From positions 280,084-344,083 of IMG/VR virus record IMGVR_UViG_3300042308_001511: 64,000 nt of DNA; one strand, written 5' to 3'. Below the pieces are notes generated by a model. That model had not been told where the DNA came from. It saw only the letters and a program-made list of their open reading frames with translations, and did not search any database. This document shows, piece after piece, positions 27,086 to 36,819 of the stretch. Position 1 is the stretch's first letter, and each line of letters starts with the position of its first letter. The translations under genes were made by a program, and so were the position numbers.

Positions 27086-28258
27086 ATGGCAACATTTACC
27101 ACATCAAAAACTTCTGGAAGTATATATGTATCTGTTAATACAACAACGGGTTATTGGATGAGTTTCCATAATGGAAGTTATAATGGAAATTCAAACACCC
27201 CACAGATATATAGTGATTCTGGTACCTTCAATTATTGGGGTAAAAGATTGGATGTAATTGCAACAAATGGTGAATTTACAATTGTCGCGTGTGATGTTAA
27301 TGGAAACATTGGTGGTGATATAACTTTGTTGAATTTATATTCTAGTTCTGATATAATTGCGTTTGACGGAACTGGTTTGACCGCTTTGACTAAATTGAGT
27401 ATAGAGGGTGCATCGAATATTAGAGGTCAGCTAACATCTTTTGATGCGACTGGTATGACTTCATTGAATTGGTTATACTTAAGGAGTAATTTACTAACAA
27501 ATATAAACGTAACTGGTTTAGTAAATCTAACTAAGTTAGTGTTGGATGGTAATCAATTAACTTGGGGAGGTATAAGTGGTTTAAATACTTTGAGTAGTTT
27601 AACTTGGTTAAACTTAAATGGTAACTTATTAACTACATTTGATGGTTCAGGTTTGAGCTCGTTATTACAACTTGATTTGTTCTACAATCAGGTAACAACA
27701 TCTGGAATAACTAATTTACCAAATACATTGGTTAAATTGAATTTACGTTATAATAGACTTACATCATTTGATGCTACTAGTTTAGTAAACTTAACTGAAC
27801 TTAGTTTACAGATGAATCAAATAACATCTGTAAATTTATCTGGCCTAACAAAATTGATTTTACTTAATTTATCTGATAATTTATTGACAGATATAAATGT
27901 TTCTGGATTGACTAGTTTGAAATATATAAATCTTACTGGTAATCGTTTATCTACAATGGATGTAAGTGGTCTAACTAATTTAGTTGATTTGAGATTATGG
28001 CGTAATTCGTCTATAACACCTAGTGTTAACAATCAGATATTACAACAATTGGATCAAAATGGTGCTATTGGTGATACTTCTACTAGTAAGGGTTACTTTC
28101 CAGCAAATGGTGTTTTTTGGTCTAATAATGGTAGAACTTCTGTTAGTAATGTAAGTTTCAATAATTTGACGAATAAAAATTGGGAATTTGATGGTTTGGA
28201 TTTGATTGCGAGTCCAACTCGTCAGTTATCGGGCACTAAGGACAGAAAAAACTTATAA
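27086..28258 (+). CDS. leucine-rich repeat protein (internalin-like)
   Basis: About 10 repeats LxLxxNxLTxxDxSGLTxL; TAATATATA at 27055-27063. Confidence 0.9.
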   Translation: MATFTTSKTSGSIYVSVNTTTGYWMSFHNGSYNGNSNTPQIYSDSGTFNYWGKRLDVIATNGEFTIVACDVNGNIGGDITLLNLYSSSDIIAFDGTGLTALTKLSIEGASNIRGQLTSFDATGMTSLNWLYLRSNLLTNINVTGLVNLTKLVLDGNQLTWGGISGLNTLSSLTWLNLNGNLLTTFDGSGLSSLLQLDLFYNQVTTSGITNLPNTLVKLNLRYNRLTSFDATSLVNLTELSLQMNQITSVNLSGLTKLILLNLSDNLLTDINVSGLTSLKYINLTGNRLSTMDVSGLTNLVDLRLWRNSSITPSVNNQILQQLDQNGAIGDTSTSKGYFPANGVFWSNNGRTSVSNVSFNNLTNKNWEFDGLDLIASPTRQLSGTKDRKNL

Positions 28259-28447
28259 ATTTGTTATATCACCTACGGGATTTCCATTTAGATTTACCTC
28301 ATTTTCTTGTGATAAGGAAAAAACAGAGATAGATAAAAAGATGAAAGTGATGATAAACGTTTTCATATTTGAATTTTTTAGGTGAGTAATTATCTACACA
28401 ACAAATATAATGAAAATATTTTATAAAGTGGTATTCGGTAGAAAATA

Positions 28448-29170
28448 TCAATTACATATTGCCTTTATTAGTGCTGCCTCTTGCTTCGGGGATATCCTTC
28501 CGTTACGGTCGTAGTATTCCAATACACTAGATACGAATTGTGATGATTTGTGGTTTATCTCACGGCTCTTCACCAGGAACTTGGCTTGTCTTATACAATC
28601 TATACCTTCTGATTTGTCGTCGAGTAGCGAGTTTATCTTCGCGTCTCTCATATCGGATTTGTCTGACTCTATGTAGTCGAGGAATGCAATCCATTCGCAT
28701 TCCTCCATCGTGTAGTAGCTTTTGTTGAACGTAGATATGATTATCTTTATCTCGTTCTTATCCTGTATGCAGTAGAAACTATTTATCGGACAGTTCTTGT
28801 AATTAATGAGTATTCGGTCTCCTTCCTTCTTACAAAAGCTTAGGTCATAGGGGTTCAAGCTATCAAAATTCAACTTCTGTGGATAGGAGTAGTCGACTTC
28901 GCAGTTTCCGAATACTTCCATTGTTTTTATGAACTCCTCGTCAGATATGTCTTCTATTCTCTTACCTATGTTCAGTATCTTCTCTACGGGCTTCCACCAC
29001 GCGGTCCAACTTATGCATTCCGGTTCTAAAATCGCCTCAGCTCCTCGCATCTCGGCAATACCCCTAACCTTACGTGTCTGCCAGACTTGTACGGTCTGAT
29101 ACCAGCCAGCTGTGTTCACCTTTCCAAAGTCTTCTTCTGCAGAGAATGATATGTAGAAGTTTGTTACCAT
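28448..29170 (-). CDS. hypothetical protein with internal tag-like helix
   Basis: 240 aa; internal MRDAKINSLLD. Confidence 0.8.
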   Translation of the reverse strand: MVTNFYISFSAEEDFGKVNTAGWYQTVQVWQTRKVRGIAEMRGAEAILEPECISWTAWWKPVEKILNIGKRIEDISDEEFIKTMEVFGNCEVDYSYPQKLNFDSLNPYDLSFCKKEGDRILINYKNCPINSFYCIQDKNEIKIIISTFNKSYYTMEECEWIAFLDYIESDKSDMRDAKINSLLDDKSEGIDCIRQAKFLVKSREINHKSSQFVSSVLEYYDRNGRISPKQEAALIKAICN

Positions 29171-29517
29171 CTACTTTCTATATCTGTGGTCTCGTTGATT
29201 ATGAATTGTGATCCGTCTTCTATTGATTCACCTGATTGTAGGAATAAATCTTCACTTTTCCACGCGCTGTTGTAGAACTCTTCATATTCGGGTTCTATTA
29301 ATGGTGCTATACTATCTTGAGTCTCTGGATCTAATTCGTTCCAAAGATCTTCGTCGTCATTTAGTTCATAAAGTAAAGTATCTATGTATTGTACGAAATC
29401 TTTTTCGGTTGTGCCTTCGTAAGGAATTGATATTTCCCTGAACTTCTCTGGATCCAGAGTAATATGTTCTGATTGTCTTAGAACGGTGTATCGTTCTACT
29501 TTTCGAATTGTTATCAT
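29164..29517 (-). CDS. acidic hypothetical protein
   Basis: 117-aa ORF. Confidence 0.75.
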   Translation of the reverse strand: MITIRKVERYTVLRQSEHITLDPEKFREISIPYEGTTEKDFVQYIDTLLYELNDDEDLWNELDPETQDSIAPLIEPEYEEFYNSAWKSEDLFLQSGESIEDGSQFIINETTDIESRW

Positions 29518-29626
29518 ATTTTTTTATTTAGTATTCAAATATAACTATTTATTTTGAATTGTAAAAAGAAATATGGAAAGACTGTCGGGTTTGTGTGTTT
29601 ATATATATCCTAAACTAATAAAACAT

Positions 29627-30202
29627 ATGTTATCCAGAGAAAAGATGATTAGTATGATTAGGAGGTCACAAACCTACATATCTGTATTACTATTCACTTT
29701 TGTTTTCATATTCTGTTGGAAGACTACGAATCTCGATATAACAAAGATAGAGTTATCGAAATGGGGTCAATCTGGATTTGTTTCTATTATATGGAATAGT
29801 GCGGTATTAATTTTCTCATTATCAATTGCGGTAAATTCATGGTTGTATATGAGGGGACATAAACGACTTAAGCATCGTAGGAAGTTTTATATTCTTTTCG
29901 CGTTTCTTCCGATGGCATTGGCTGTGGTTGGTTTATTTGATGCGTTTTCACATCCTTATATTCACTCGGTTGCAGCAGGTCTTTATTTCTTCGTATATCC
30001 ACTTACCATTTTTCTTTTTGCACATTTCAATAGAAAGAATATGCAATATTTACAATGGACTACACATATAACTTTAGCGGTATTGATGGCAATTGCACCA
30101 ATATCATTTATGCTTTTGTTTAAAGGAAAGGCAATAGCAGAAACGGTACACACATTGCTCGTAATCATATACAATGTAATGATTGCTAGACACGAGCATT
30201 AA
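29627..30202 (+). CDS. multi-pass membrane protein (DUF998-like)
   Basis: About 5-6 TM; LSKWG, VGLFD...IHSVAA pattern; TATATATA at 29600. Confidence 0.6.
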   Translation: MLSREKMISMIRRSQTYISVLLFTFVFIFCWKTTNLDITKIELSKWGQSGFVSIIWNSAVLIFSLSIAVNSWLYMRGHKRLKHRRKFYILFAFLPMALAVVGLFDAFSHPYIHSVAAGLYFFVYPLTIFLFAHFNRKNMQYLQWTTHITLAVLMAIAPISFMLLFKGKAIAETVHTLLVIIYNVMIARHEH

Positions 30203-30220
30203 TAAAAATAAAATAATAAA

Positions 30221-30886
30221 ATGAAAAATCAAAAATGGAAATACAATCAGAAGGCAGAAGACGCGTGGCAAGTTTTGAGAATACAAAGTGAGTTTATAAA
30301 GGGATTCGATGAATTATCTGAGTTAACTCCATGTATATCGGTCTTCGGATCTGCTAGGACTGATAAAGACGACAAATATTATAAAGAAGCAACTAGATTG
30401 TCTGAGATGATTGTAAAAAGTGGATATGGTGTAATAACTGGTGGTGGACCAGGAATAATGGAGGCTGCAAATATGGGTGCGTATGGTAATGATGGTAAAT
30501 CTGTGGGTTTGGAAATTGAATTACCATTTGAGACAAGTGCTAATAAGTATATTGATAAATTGGTTTCGTGTAGGTATTTCTTTACACGAAAAGTATTCTT
30601 TTTGAAGTATTCACAAGCATTTGTTGGTTTTCCGGGTGGTTTTGGAACATTAGATGAATTGTTCGAAACATTGACACTTATGCAGACTGGACATCTAAGG
30701 ATGTTGCCAATTGTTTTAGTTGGTAAAGACTATTGGAAAGGGATGATTAAATGGATTAAGAAAACTATGTTAGAGGATGGTAAAGTTTCTAAAGAAGATT
30801 TAAACCTTTTCAAAGTTGTTGATACTGCAGAAGAAGCGATGGAGTATATTTTATCGAAATTGGAAGAGAACAAACCTAACTTTTAG
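30221..30886 (+). CDS. LOG-family nucleotide 5'-monophosphate phosphoribohydrolase
   Basis: SVFGSAR, ITGGGPGIMEAAN, FFTRK, PGGFGTLDELFE motifs. Confidence 0.9.
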   Translation: MKNQKWKYNQKAEDAWQVLRIQSEFIKGFDELSELTPCISVFGSARTDKDDKYYKEATRLSEMIVKSGYGVITGGGPGIMEAANMGAYGNDGKSVGLEIELPFETSANKYIDKLVSCRYFFTRKVFFLKYSQAFVGFPGGFGTLDELFETLTLMQTGHLRMLPIVLVGKDYWKGMIKWIKKTMLEDGKVSKEDLNLFKVVDTAEEAMEYILSKLEENKPNF

Positions 30887-30944
30887 TAACTGGTTTTGGT
30901 GTATAGTTTATAATATATAGTTTATAAAAAAAAATAAATCTACG

Positions 30945-31154
30945 ATGATAAAATTGAAGAAGTTTGAGGAGTTGGATTACGAACAGCTTAGAGACCAAAC
31001 GAATAGAGACTTCCACGGAAGTAAATCAGATACTGTTGAATATCCGGATGTTAGGAATATGAATAGGGATGAGTTGAAGGACTATCTTGAAACTATTGGT
31101 GTTCCATCAAACATACTCGATGAAACTGTGGATAATATACTTAGTGCACTATAA
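30945..31154 (+). CDS. small N-tag protein (MIKLKKFEEL)
   Basis: TAATATATA at 30911-30919. Confidence 0.75.
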   Translation: MIKLKKFEELDYEQLRDQTNRDFHGSKSDTVEYPDVRNMNRDELKDYLETIGVPSNILDETVDNILSAL

Positions 31155-31155
31155 T

Positions 31156-31187
31156 AAAAATACCTTCCAATTGGAAGGTATTTTTTT
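31156..31187. terminator. bidirectional intrinsic terminator
   Basis: AAAAATACCTTCC-AATT-GGAAGGTATTTTT between convergent genes. Confidence 0.85.
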
Positions 31188-31617
31188 ATTCAAATGTTAC
31201 TATTTTTCCTATAAATACACAATGTTTATTATATTTTGATTTCTCACCAGTTTCCACATTCACCACAAAAAATGCTTCTTTAGATTCTTTGGCATCGTAC
31301 ATCTCGTACTCTGTCATACCTTCAAAGTTTATTACTTCAAGATAACAATTCTTTGGAATTGCCATTCCTGATATGATTTTACCATCTGTTGATTTCACAT
31401 ATATTTTGTTTGTACTTTTTCTATACACAACGAAGAAGTCTGCACCATAACCTAATATTTGCTTATCATCATCTATTGTCTCCACAAAAAGTGTCTTACC
31501 TGTCTCAGAACTAACTATTGCGGTCTGGTAGTCGTCTAGCTCGTCTAAATATATTTCACTTTGTGCACTTACCAGTGTAGATAAGAATAGTAATGTGATT
31601 GTGATAATGTTTCTCAT
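31186..31617 (-). CDS. putative exported protein
   Basis: Signal peptide ending VSAQ. Confidence 0.75.
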   Translation of the reverse strand: MRNIITITLLFLSTLVSAQSEIYLDELDDYQTAIVSSETGKTLFVETIDDDKQILGYGADFFVVYRKSTNKIYVKSTDGKIISGMAIPKNCYLEVINFEGMTEYEMYDAKESKEAFFVVNVETGEKSKYNKHCVFIGKIVTFE

Positions 31618-31666
31618 AGTAGTTTTCGTTTCTACGAATATACTAAATTTTTATCAATTACGGTCT

Positions 31667-31957
31667 TTATATTCCTAATTCTTCTAATTTCAAGTCTCTT
31701 AGCATTTTGTACTTCCATTCTATGTATTCACTATCCATATAATGGAAAACAAGTGTTTCCAGGAATACGAAGAATCCTTCAGGTGTCAGTTCACATATTT
31801 TCTCACATGCGTATAGGTTTGAACCCATAGAGAAATTGATGTAATAGTCGGTAGGCTCAAATGGTGCCACCGGCCATTGACTTAAGTTTATATCTCCCAG
31901 TGAACTTATAAACGGTTTAGCCTCTTTGATCAACAGTTCTATCGTTTCCTTCTTCAT
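31667..31957 (-). CDS. small protein with C-tag
   Basis: Ends RDLKLEELGI. Confidence 0.85.
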   Translation of the reverse strand: MKKETIELLIKEAKPFISSLGDINLSQWPVAPFEPTDYYINFSMGSNLYACEKICELTPEGFFVFLETLVFHYMDSEYIEWKYKMLRDLKLEELGI

Positions 31958-32193
31958 ATGCCTAGTTCCTCAATCTTTCTTTGTCGGTTCATTGCCAGTG
32001 TATCTTCGGTCTCGTACCATATACCACTATCGAAATCGATATTTATCTTCCAGTCACCATCGTCAACGGTGTAGAATAGTTTTGAGTTCTCTATGACTAA
32101 TCGGTATAGTGTTGTTGATATTTCACCTGTTCCAACCTCTCTACACTGAACGTATAAACCATCGACGAGTTCTTCTATACTAAGTTTCCTCAT
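31954..32193 (-). CDS. small protein with C-tag
   Basis: Ends RQRKIEELGI. Confidence 0.85.
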   Translation of the reverse strand: MRKLSIEELVDGLYVQCREVGTGEISTTLYRLVIENSKLFYTVDDGDWKINIDFDSGIWYETEDTLAMNRQRKIEELGI

Positions 32194-32618
32194 CTCGCAC
32201 CTTTGTATGCAGCTTGTTTTAAAGTATCTACAATGGCGTTTCTAGGGTATTCTACAGATAGTGCACTTTCGTCTACCTCATATTTCCTAAAGCCTATCTT
32301 CTTCATTGTGAGCTTGTGTCCTATCTTATCAGGATCGACCTGTGCAACCGGATTCTCTCCGTATACGTCTACTCCGAACTCCAACTTTTCCAACTGGATG
32401 GTTTCTGCCTTCATATCCAGAATGAGCGTCAGTTTGCACGATATCATTTCGGGTCCATCCTGGTAAGGACTTGGTCTCTTAGGTATGTCAGATAGTCTTA
32501 CTCCGAATACGTCTGCATTTTCTTCTTCTTCGTCTATAGAGAAGTTCATTACTCTTGTCTGCATAGTCAATGGATGAGCTGTTTCACTCCATATAACTCT
32601 TTGTCCGTCTATCTTCAT
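32190..32618 (-). CDS. hypothetical protein
   Basis: 142-aa ORF. Confidence 0.75.
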   Translation of the reverse strand: MKIDGQRVIWSETAHPLTMQTRVMNFSIDEEEENADVFGVRLSDIPKRPSPYQDGPEMISCKLTLILDMKAETIQLEKLEFGVDVYGENPVAQVDPDKIGHKLTMKKIGFRKYEVDESALSVEYPRNAIVDTLKQAAYKGAR

Positions 32619-32672
32619 AGTTTTTTCTTTATATTACTAACGAATGTAGTGAAAAATATTATAAATACCAAC

Positions 32673-32699
32673 AAAAAACGAGGCATATACCTCGTTTTT
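32673..32699. terminator. intrinsic terminator
   Basis: AAAAAACGAGG-CATATA-CCTCGTTTTT after 32706..33215. Confidence 0.75.
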
Positions 32700-32705
32700 C
32701 TTTTG

Positions 32706-33215
32706 TTATTCACTATAAAGGTGATGTGTCTCCGCTACGAGGTAGTCCATCAGAATAATGCTTCTTTCTTGATCGTCTTTACAATTTTCCCACATATCTT
32801 CTCCGTCCACGTATTTTCCGGTCTCGTCGTCGTAGATTCCTGAGAAGTATTGGCTTGCATAGCCACCGTCTTCTTGGCCCAGTACAGATTGTACTTCGTA
32901 GACCGCTTCGTTGAGGTCATCTACGAGTATAGAGTTCCACCATTTGGTTTCGTACGCGACGCAGTACCTGGTTATATCTCTTCCGGTTGCCTCCCATTCT
33001 AGTCTTATTTCCCAGCCAATCTCACTCAGCAAATACTCACATCGTTTGAGGTCTATTCCTTCTTTGTTGTCCTCGTTTGAATATTGCCATATCCTCAGCT
33101 CGGTTCCCGGTATTTCGATCCTGTCGGGGCTTACTTCTATATCCTCGAACATAGAGATGATGATTTGTGTCACCTCGTCAAATCCGAACTCCTCGAACAT
33201 CTTTATCCTTCTCAT
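32706..33215 (-). CDS. acidic N-tag protein (MRRIKMFEEF)
   Basis: TATATATA at 33221-33228. Confidence 0.8.
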   Translation of the reverse strand: MRRIKMFEEFGFDEVTQIIISMFEDIEVSPDRIEIPGTELRIWQYSNEDNKEGIDLKRCEYLLSEIGWEIRLEWEATGRDITRYCVAYETKWWNSILVDDLNEAVYEVQSVLGQEDGGYASQYFSGIYDDETGKYVDGEDMWENCKDDQERSIILMDYLVAETHHLYSE

Positions 33216-33282
33216 ACGTTTATATATACGGTTTAGAGTATATATTTATTATCGTTTCGGTTAATTGCCATTAGACGGGTCA

Positions 33283-33789
33283 TTATTTTTTCAATTCTTG
33301 TATCAATTTAGTCAATTGTTCATCTGTATGAATATTGATAAATTGATCTTTTACCATCATATGGATTACATCTTCTGGGAAGTTTACTTTAAAATTAGTT
33401 CCCCATGAATCTGAAATCATTCTAAATGCAAATGGTTTAGTTTTTATGTAATCTACATATTCTTCTGTATCAATATTATCTTCATAAACATATTTCTCAT
33501 CTACTTCAGTATCATTAAATATATCATGGTAATCAAAGAAACTGTTTTGGAATAAAAAACCAGTGGGTGGAATTCTCATCATTTCTTCGGCATAAGGATC
33601 TATATAAAGTTCGTGATATCTACCATTCGTATCAACGGCTTGGTAATGATCTAATATTTTACTTTCTCTTATAGAACCGAGTCGATGGTAAATTATATTG
33701 TATCCATCTTCTGTGACAAGATTGTTGAGATAGTTTAAAGAGTTTCTGATACTATCAACTTGAATAGGATTTTCTTTTGTACCAATCAT
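33283..33789 (-). CDS. hypothetical protein
   Basis: 168-aa ORF. Confidence 0.75.
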   Translation of the reverse strand: MIGTKENPIQVDSIRNSLNYLNNLVTEDGYNIIYHRLGSIRESKILDHYQAVDTNGRYHELYIDPYAEEMMRIPPTGFLFQNSFFDYHDIFNDTEVDEKYVYEDNIDTEEYVDYIKTKPFAFRMISDSWGTNFKVNFPEDVIHMMVKDQFINIHTDEQLTKLIQELKK

Positions 33790-33830
33790 ATAAGTTTTTT
33801 TATATTATTTTTAAACTTGCCTAATAAAAA

Positions 33831-33856
33831 AACAAAGGTGTAAAACACCTTTGTTT
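33831..33856. terminator. intrinsic terminator
   Basis: AACAAAGGTG-TAAAA-CACCTTTGTT. Confidence 0.75.
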
Positions 33857-34787
33857 ATCCATATAAGAAAAAATCAAGTCTTTCGTAGCCTCTGGATTCA
33901 CCGTATTTGAGTTCGATACCTTTATCTCTGTGCCAGTTCTCTTCCATATCAAGTAACTCTTCTCCGTAGAAGACATGACTGAATACTACGTCGTTGCCCC
34001 TGAAATCGTTTGAACCTAAATAACTTAAGAAAGTAATCTTTGAAAAGTCGAACTCTTCGTCTCCGGTCTCAACCATGAAAGACCATGTTGTGATGTCGTC
34101 GAAATAGATGGTAACACCGTGCTCTCTACCCTGCTCTTCGTCGAACTTTACTAAACCAGGATATTCAAGTTGATCGTTCACAAACTTACATCCGTGTTCG
34201 TTTATATTCCAATGTGTGTACTCACTATCACCGGTACTGAAACCGAAGTCCGGATTGACATCCTTTATCTTACGGATCTTTAATAAATCTTCGTATCCAT
34301 CGTCGCCTTCTTCAATCTCGTCAGTATTGCCACCTGCGTCTCCTTCCATAAAGTCGGATAAGTTTGTCTCTGACATTACTTCGTTTCCGTCATAGTCGTA
34401 TACGGCGATTGTTGCGTCGTCTTCGAATAGTGATATACCTGTGAACGTTCCATATCCGAGCCAACTGTATTCTGGATAATCGAATAGTGCCTCCATCATG
34501 ATGTAGTGACCGAACTCTTCCTCAATGTATTCGTTAACAACTCGGTTAAAGTTTGGCAGCTTCGCCAGGTCTTCTCTGGAGATTTCGTTGAACAACTCCT
34601 CTACGTGGTTACCTGGTCCATCCATCGGGAGGTTGAAGATTAGATTTAGGAAGTCATTCTCGTCTTCCACGTTTTCTCCTTTACATAACTCTACTGCTAG
34701 TGTTAGTTCATCTCTGAACTCTTTCATTAGTGTTCCGAAAAAGTATTTCGGGATCCTTCCCGATACTTGAATTTCAAATAGTCCCAT
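33855..34787 (-). CDS. highly acidic hypothetical protein
   Basis: 310 aa, D/E-rich. Confidence 0.8.
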   Translation of the reverse strand: MGLFEIQVSGRIPKYFFGTLMKEFRDELTLAVELCKGENVEDENDFLNLIFNLPMDGPGNHVEELFNEISREDLAKLPNFNRVVNEYIEEEFGHYIMMEALFDYPEYSWLGYGTFTGISLFEDDATIAVYDYDGNEVMSETNLSDFMEGDAGGNTDEIEEGDDGYEDLLKIRKIKDVNPDFGFSTGDSEYTHWNINEHGCKFVNDQLEYPGLVKFDEEQGREHGVTIYFDDITTWSFMVETGDEEFDFSKITFLSYLGSNDFRGNDVVFSHVFYGEELLDMEENWHRDKGIELKYGESRGYERLDFFLYG

Positions 34788-34798
34788 TTTGTGTCCTT

Positions 34799-35017
34799 TT
34801 ATATTTCTATTATTTTATCAATCTTCATATCCCTTATATCCTCTTTTTCGACGTAGTAGATAATGGCGGTATACCTGTAACCGAGAGTACCTGCCGATGC
34901 GGAGTGTTCCGTTTTGATCACCTGTCTGATGTCAATGGTTTCCAGGAATTTGTTTAAATCACTCTCTAAATAGCCAGTGTACTCGCTGGAGAATATTTTT
35001 ATTTTTGCGTTTATCAT
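34799..35017 (-). CDS. small protein with C-tag variant
   Basis: Ends RDMKIDKIIEI. Confidence 0.8.
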   Translation of the reverse strand: MINAKIKIFSSEYTGYLESDLNKFLETIDIRQVIKTEHSASAGTLGYRYTAIIYYVEKEDIRDMKIDKIIEI

Positions 35018-35415
35018 AGTATGTCTTTTAGTCTGTGATCCCTTATCTCTTCGGTCGGGTTTTCATTTAGTCTTATTATACTTTCGTCTAAACGATTTTT
35101 CATATGTTCCATTTTAGACATCTCGTCACAGATTTCTTTTAGTATGAGTATGAAATCCTCCTCCATTGCCTCAGTGATGTCGTTTGGTGAAATGGTTATG
35201 TATTTACCCCACCCGACAAACTCCCACATTCCTTCGATAAACGAAGTACCTAACATATATGGAGTAATCTTCACAAAGTAATCGATGTCCTTTATTATTC
35301 GGAATTCAATCTTATCCTCTCCGTATTTCATGAAACTTATACGTTGGATACTTTCCTTTCCGAAGACTTTCTCAAGTATCTCTTGCATACGTTCGACGGT
35401 TATACGTTTTTCCAT
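35014..35415 (-). CDS. hypothetical protein with C-tag variant
   Basis: Ends RDHRLKDIL. Confidence 0.8.
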   Translation of the reverse strand: MEKRITVERMQEILEKVFGKESIQRISFMKYGEDKIEFRIIKDIDYFVKITPYMLGTSFIEGMWEFVGWGKYITISPNDITEAMEEDFILILKEICDEMSKMEHMKNRLDESIIRLNENPTEEIRDHRLKDIL

Positions 35416-35439
35416 ATTACGAATATAAGGATAGTTTTT

Positions 35440-35733
35440 TTAGATTCCAATAGAACTAAGCTTGTGATTACGTAATAACGTCTCCAACGAACTTGTTTGG
35501 TGTTTAAAGACTACCTTCTCCCAGTATTCGAGTCCCATTTTGGTATCACGCATCGTGAAAGATGACCAGATGAACCAGTTCAGATATGTGTAGTCGTCAG
35601 AAAGTATTTTCTCAGTTCTTACAACCACGTCTTTGTGAAGGTCGACCTCTTTTAGCCATTCATCTTGTACGTCTTTTGGTAGTGTTTCAAGCCATTCACG
35701 TCCCAAAAATCGAAATGTGTAATTCATTGTCAT
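35440..35733 (-). CDS. small protein with C-tag
   Basis: Ends RNHKLSSIGI; related to 46545..46787. Confidence 0.8.
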   Translation of the reverse strand: MTMNYTFRFLGREWLETLPKDVQDEWLKEVDLHKDVVVRTEKILSDDYTYLNWFIWSSFTMRDTKMGLEYWEKVVFKHQTSSLETLLRNHKLSSIGI

Positions 35734-35740
35734 ACTTTTA

Positions 35741-36286
35741 CTATAAACCGAGCTCTTCTATACGTTTGTTCCTTGTGTAGGATCTCATAAGTGGCTGTGG
35801 ATCCATACTGAACATATACTCGCCGAGGTCGTCGGGTATCAGGCAGTCGTATTCCTTCTCGATGTTCATTATGACCTCTACCATATCTAAGTCGTCAACG
35901 TTCATCTCGTTGAACGTCTTGGCGCTGTAGTTCCATTCGAAATCGTAGTCTAGGTGTTCGCGTATCATGTCGTTGAAGGTCTTCGGAAACAGCAACGTAA
36001 CTAATTGTTCTATCGTCTTTATCGTCATTTTTTCCAGTATTTCGTTTATTCTTTTCTCCCTGTGCATCGACTTGTTCCGCGCTTCGTCTGGAATGAAGTC
36101 TTTCGTCCAGTAGCTCGCTACCCTTCCTACTCTTTGTGAGTTTGTCCAGTGCTTAGGTTTTTTCGGATAGCTTATTACCCTTCCTTGGAATGTTCCATCT
36201 GGATCCGCGGTATTGCAGCTTGTTGAAATTACCTCCACGACGAACTCTGGTTCTACTTTGGCAATCCATCTCTCTCCTGTTTTCAT
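35741..36286 (-). CDS. apparent fusion: SH3-like module plus ACP-like domain lacking the Ser, two tags
   Basis: Internal REKRINEILE; C-half MNVDDLDMVEVIMNIEKEYDCLIPDD matches ACP helix II; ends RNKRIEELGL. Confidence 0.75.
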   Translation of the reverse strand: MKTGERWIAKVEPEFVVEVISTSCNTADPDGTFQGRVISYPKKPKHWTNSQRVGRVASYWTKDFIPDEARNKSMHREKRINEILEKMTIKTIEQLVTLLFPKTFNDMIREHLDYDFEWNYSAKTFNEMNVDDLDMVEVIMNIEKEYDCLIPDDLGEYMFSMDPQPLMRSYTRNKRIEELGL

Positions 36287-36420
36287 ATCCCTATACCGTT
36301 TAGTGTTACATGGTTGTACGTTCACGTGATTATCTTCTCAATAGAATAATTATCACGATGATTATTAATAATGTCATAATTTTATTTTTTTTTATGTCTT
36401 ACGAATATAGCAAAAATAAA

Positions 36421-36819
36421 TCAGTGTGTGTAATAGTTAAAGTAATAATTCATTTTGCCGAACATACCACCTTCCATCTCGGCGAACACATAGAACCTAA
36501 GTTTTGTAATTTCGTATTTAAGAACCTCACTTGCAATCTCTCTGATGAACTGTCGTGTATCGAATGCGTCATTCAAATAAGAACTCGCGTTACGCGTGTG
36601 TTTAATCTGTTGTTTATAAGGTAACGAGTATCGGTCGGTCTTCACTGACGCATGTGTGTTTATCATATCAAGCATCTTTATGACCTTTTCTTCTATTGAC
36701 TTTTCGAGATTACACATTTGCTTCTCATACTCTTCAAGAGTTAGTTCCTTTCTATCTTTTCCAGACATTAGACCCAATAGAGTATTGTTACTTTCCGGTA
36801 TCGCTCTTAATTTCATCAA
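36421..36819 (-). CDS. hypothetical protein
   Basis: 132-aa ORF. Confidence 0.75.
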   Translation of the reverse strand: MMKLRAIPESNNTLLGLMSGKDRKELTLEEYEKQMCNLEKSIEEKVIKMLDMINTHASVKTDRYSLPYKQQIKHTRNASSYLNDAFDTRQFIREIASEVLKYEITKLRFYVFAEMEGGMFGKMNYYFNYYTH

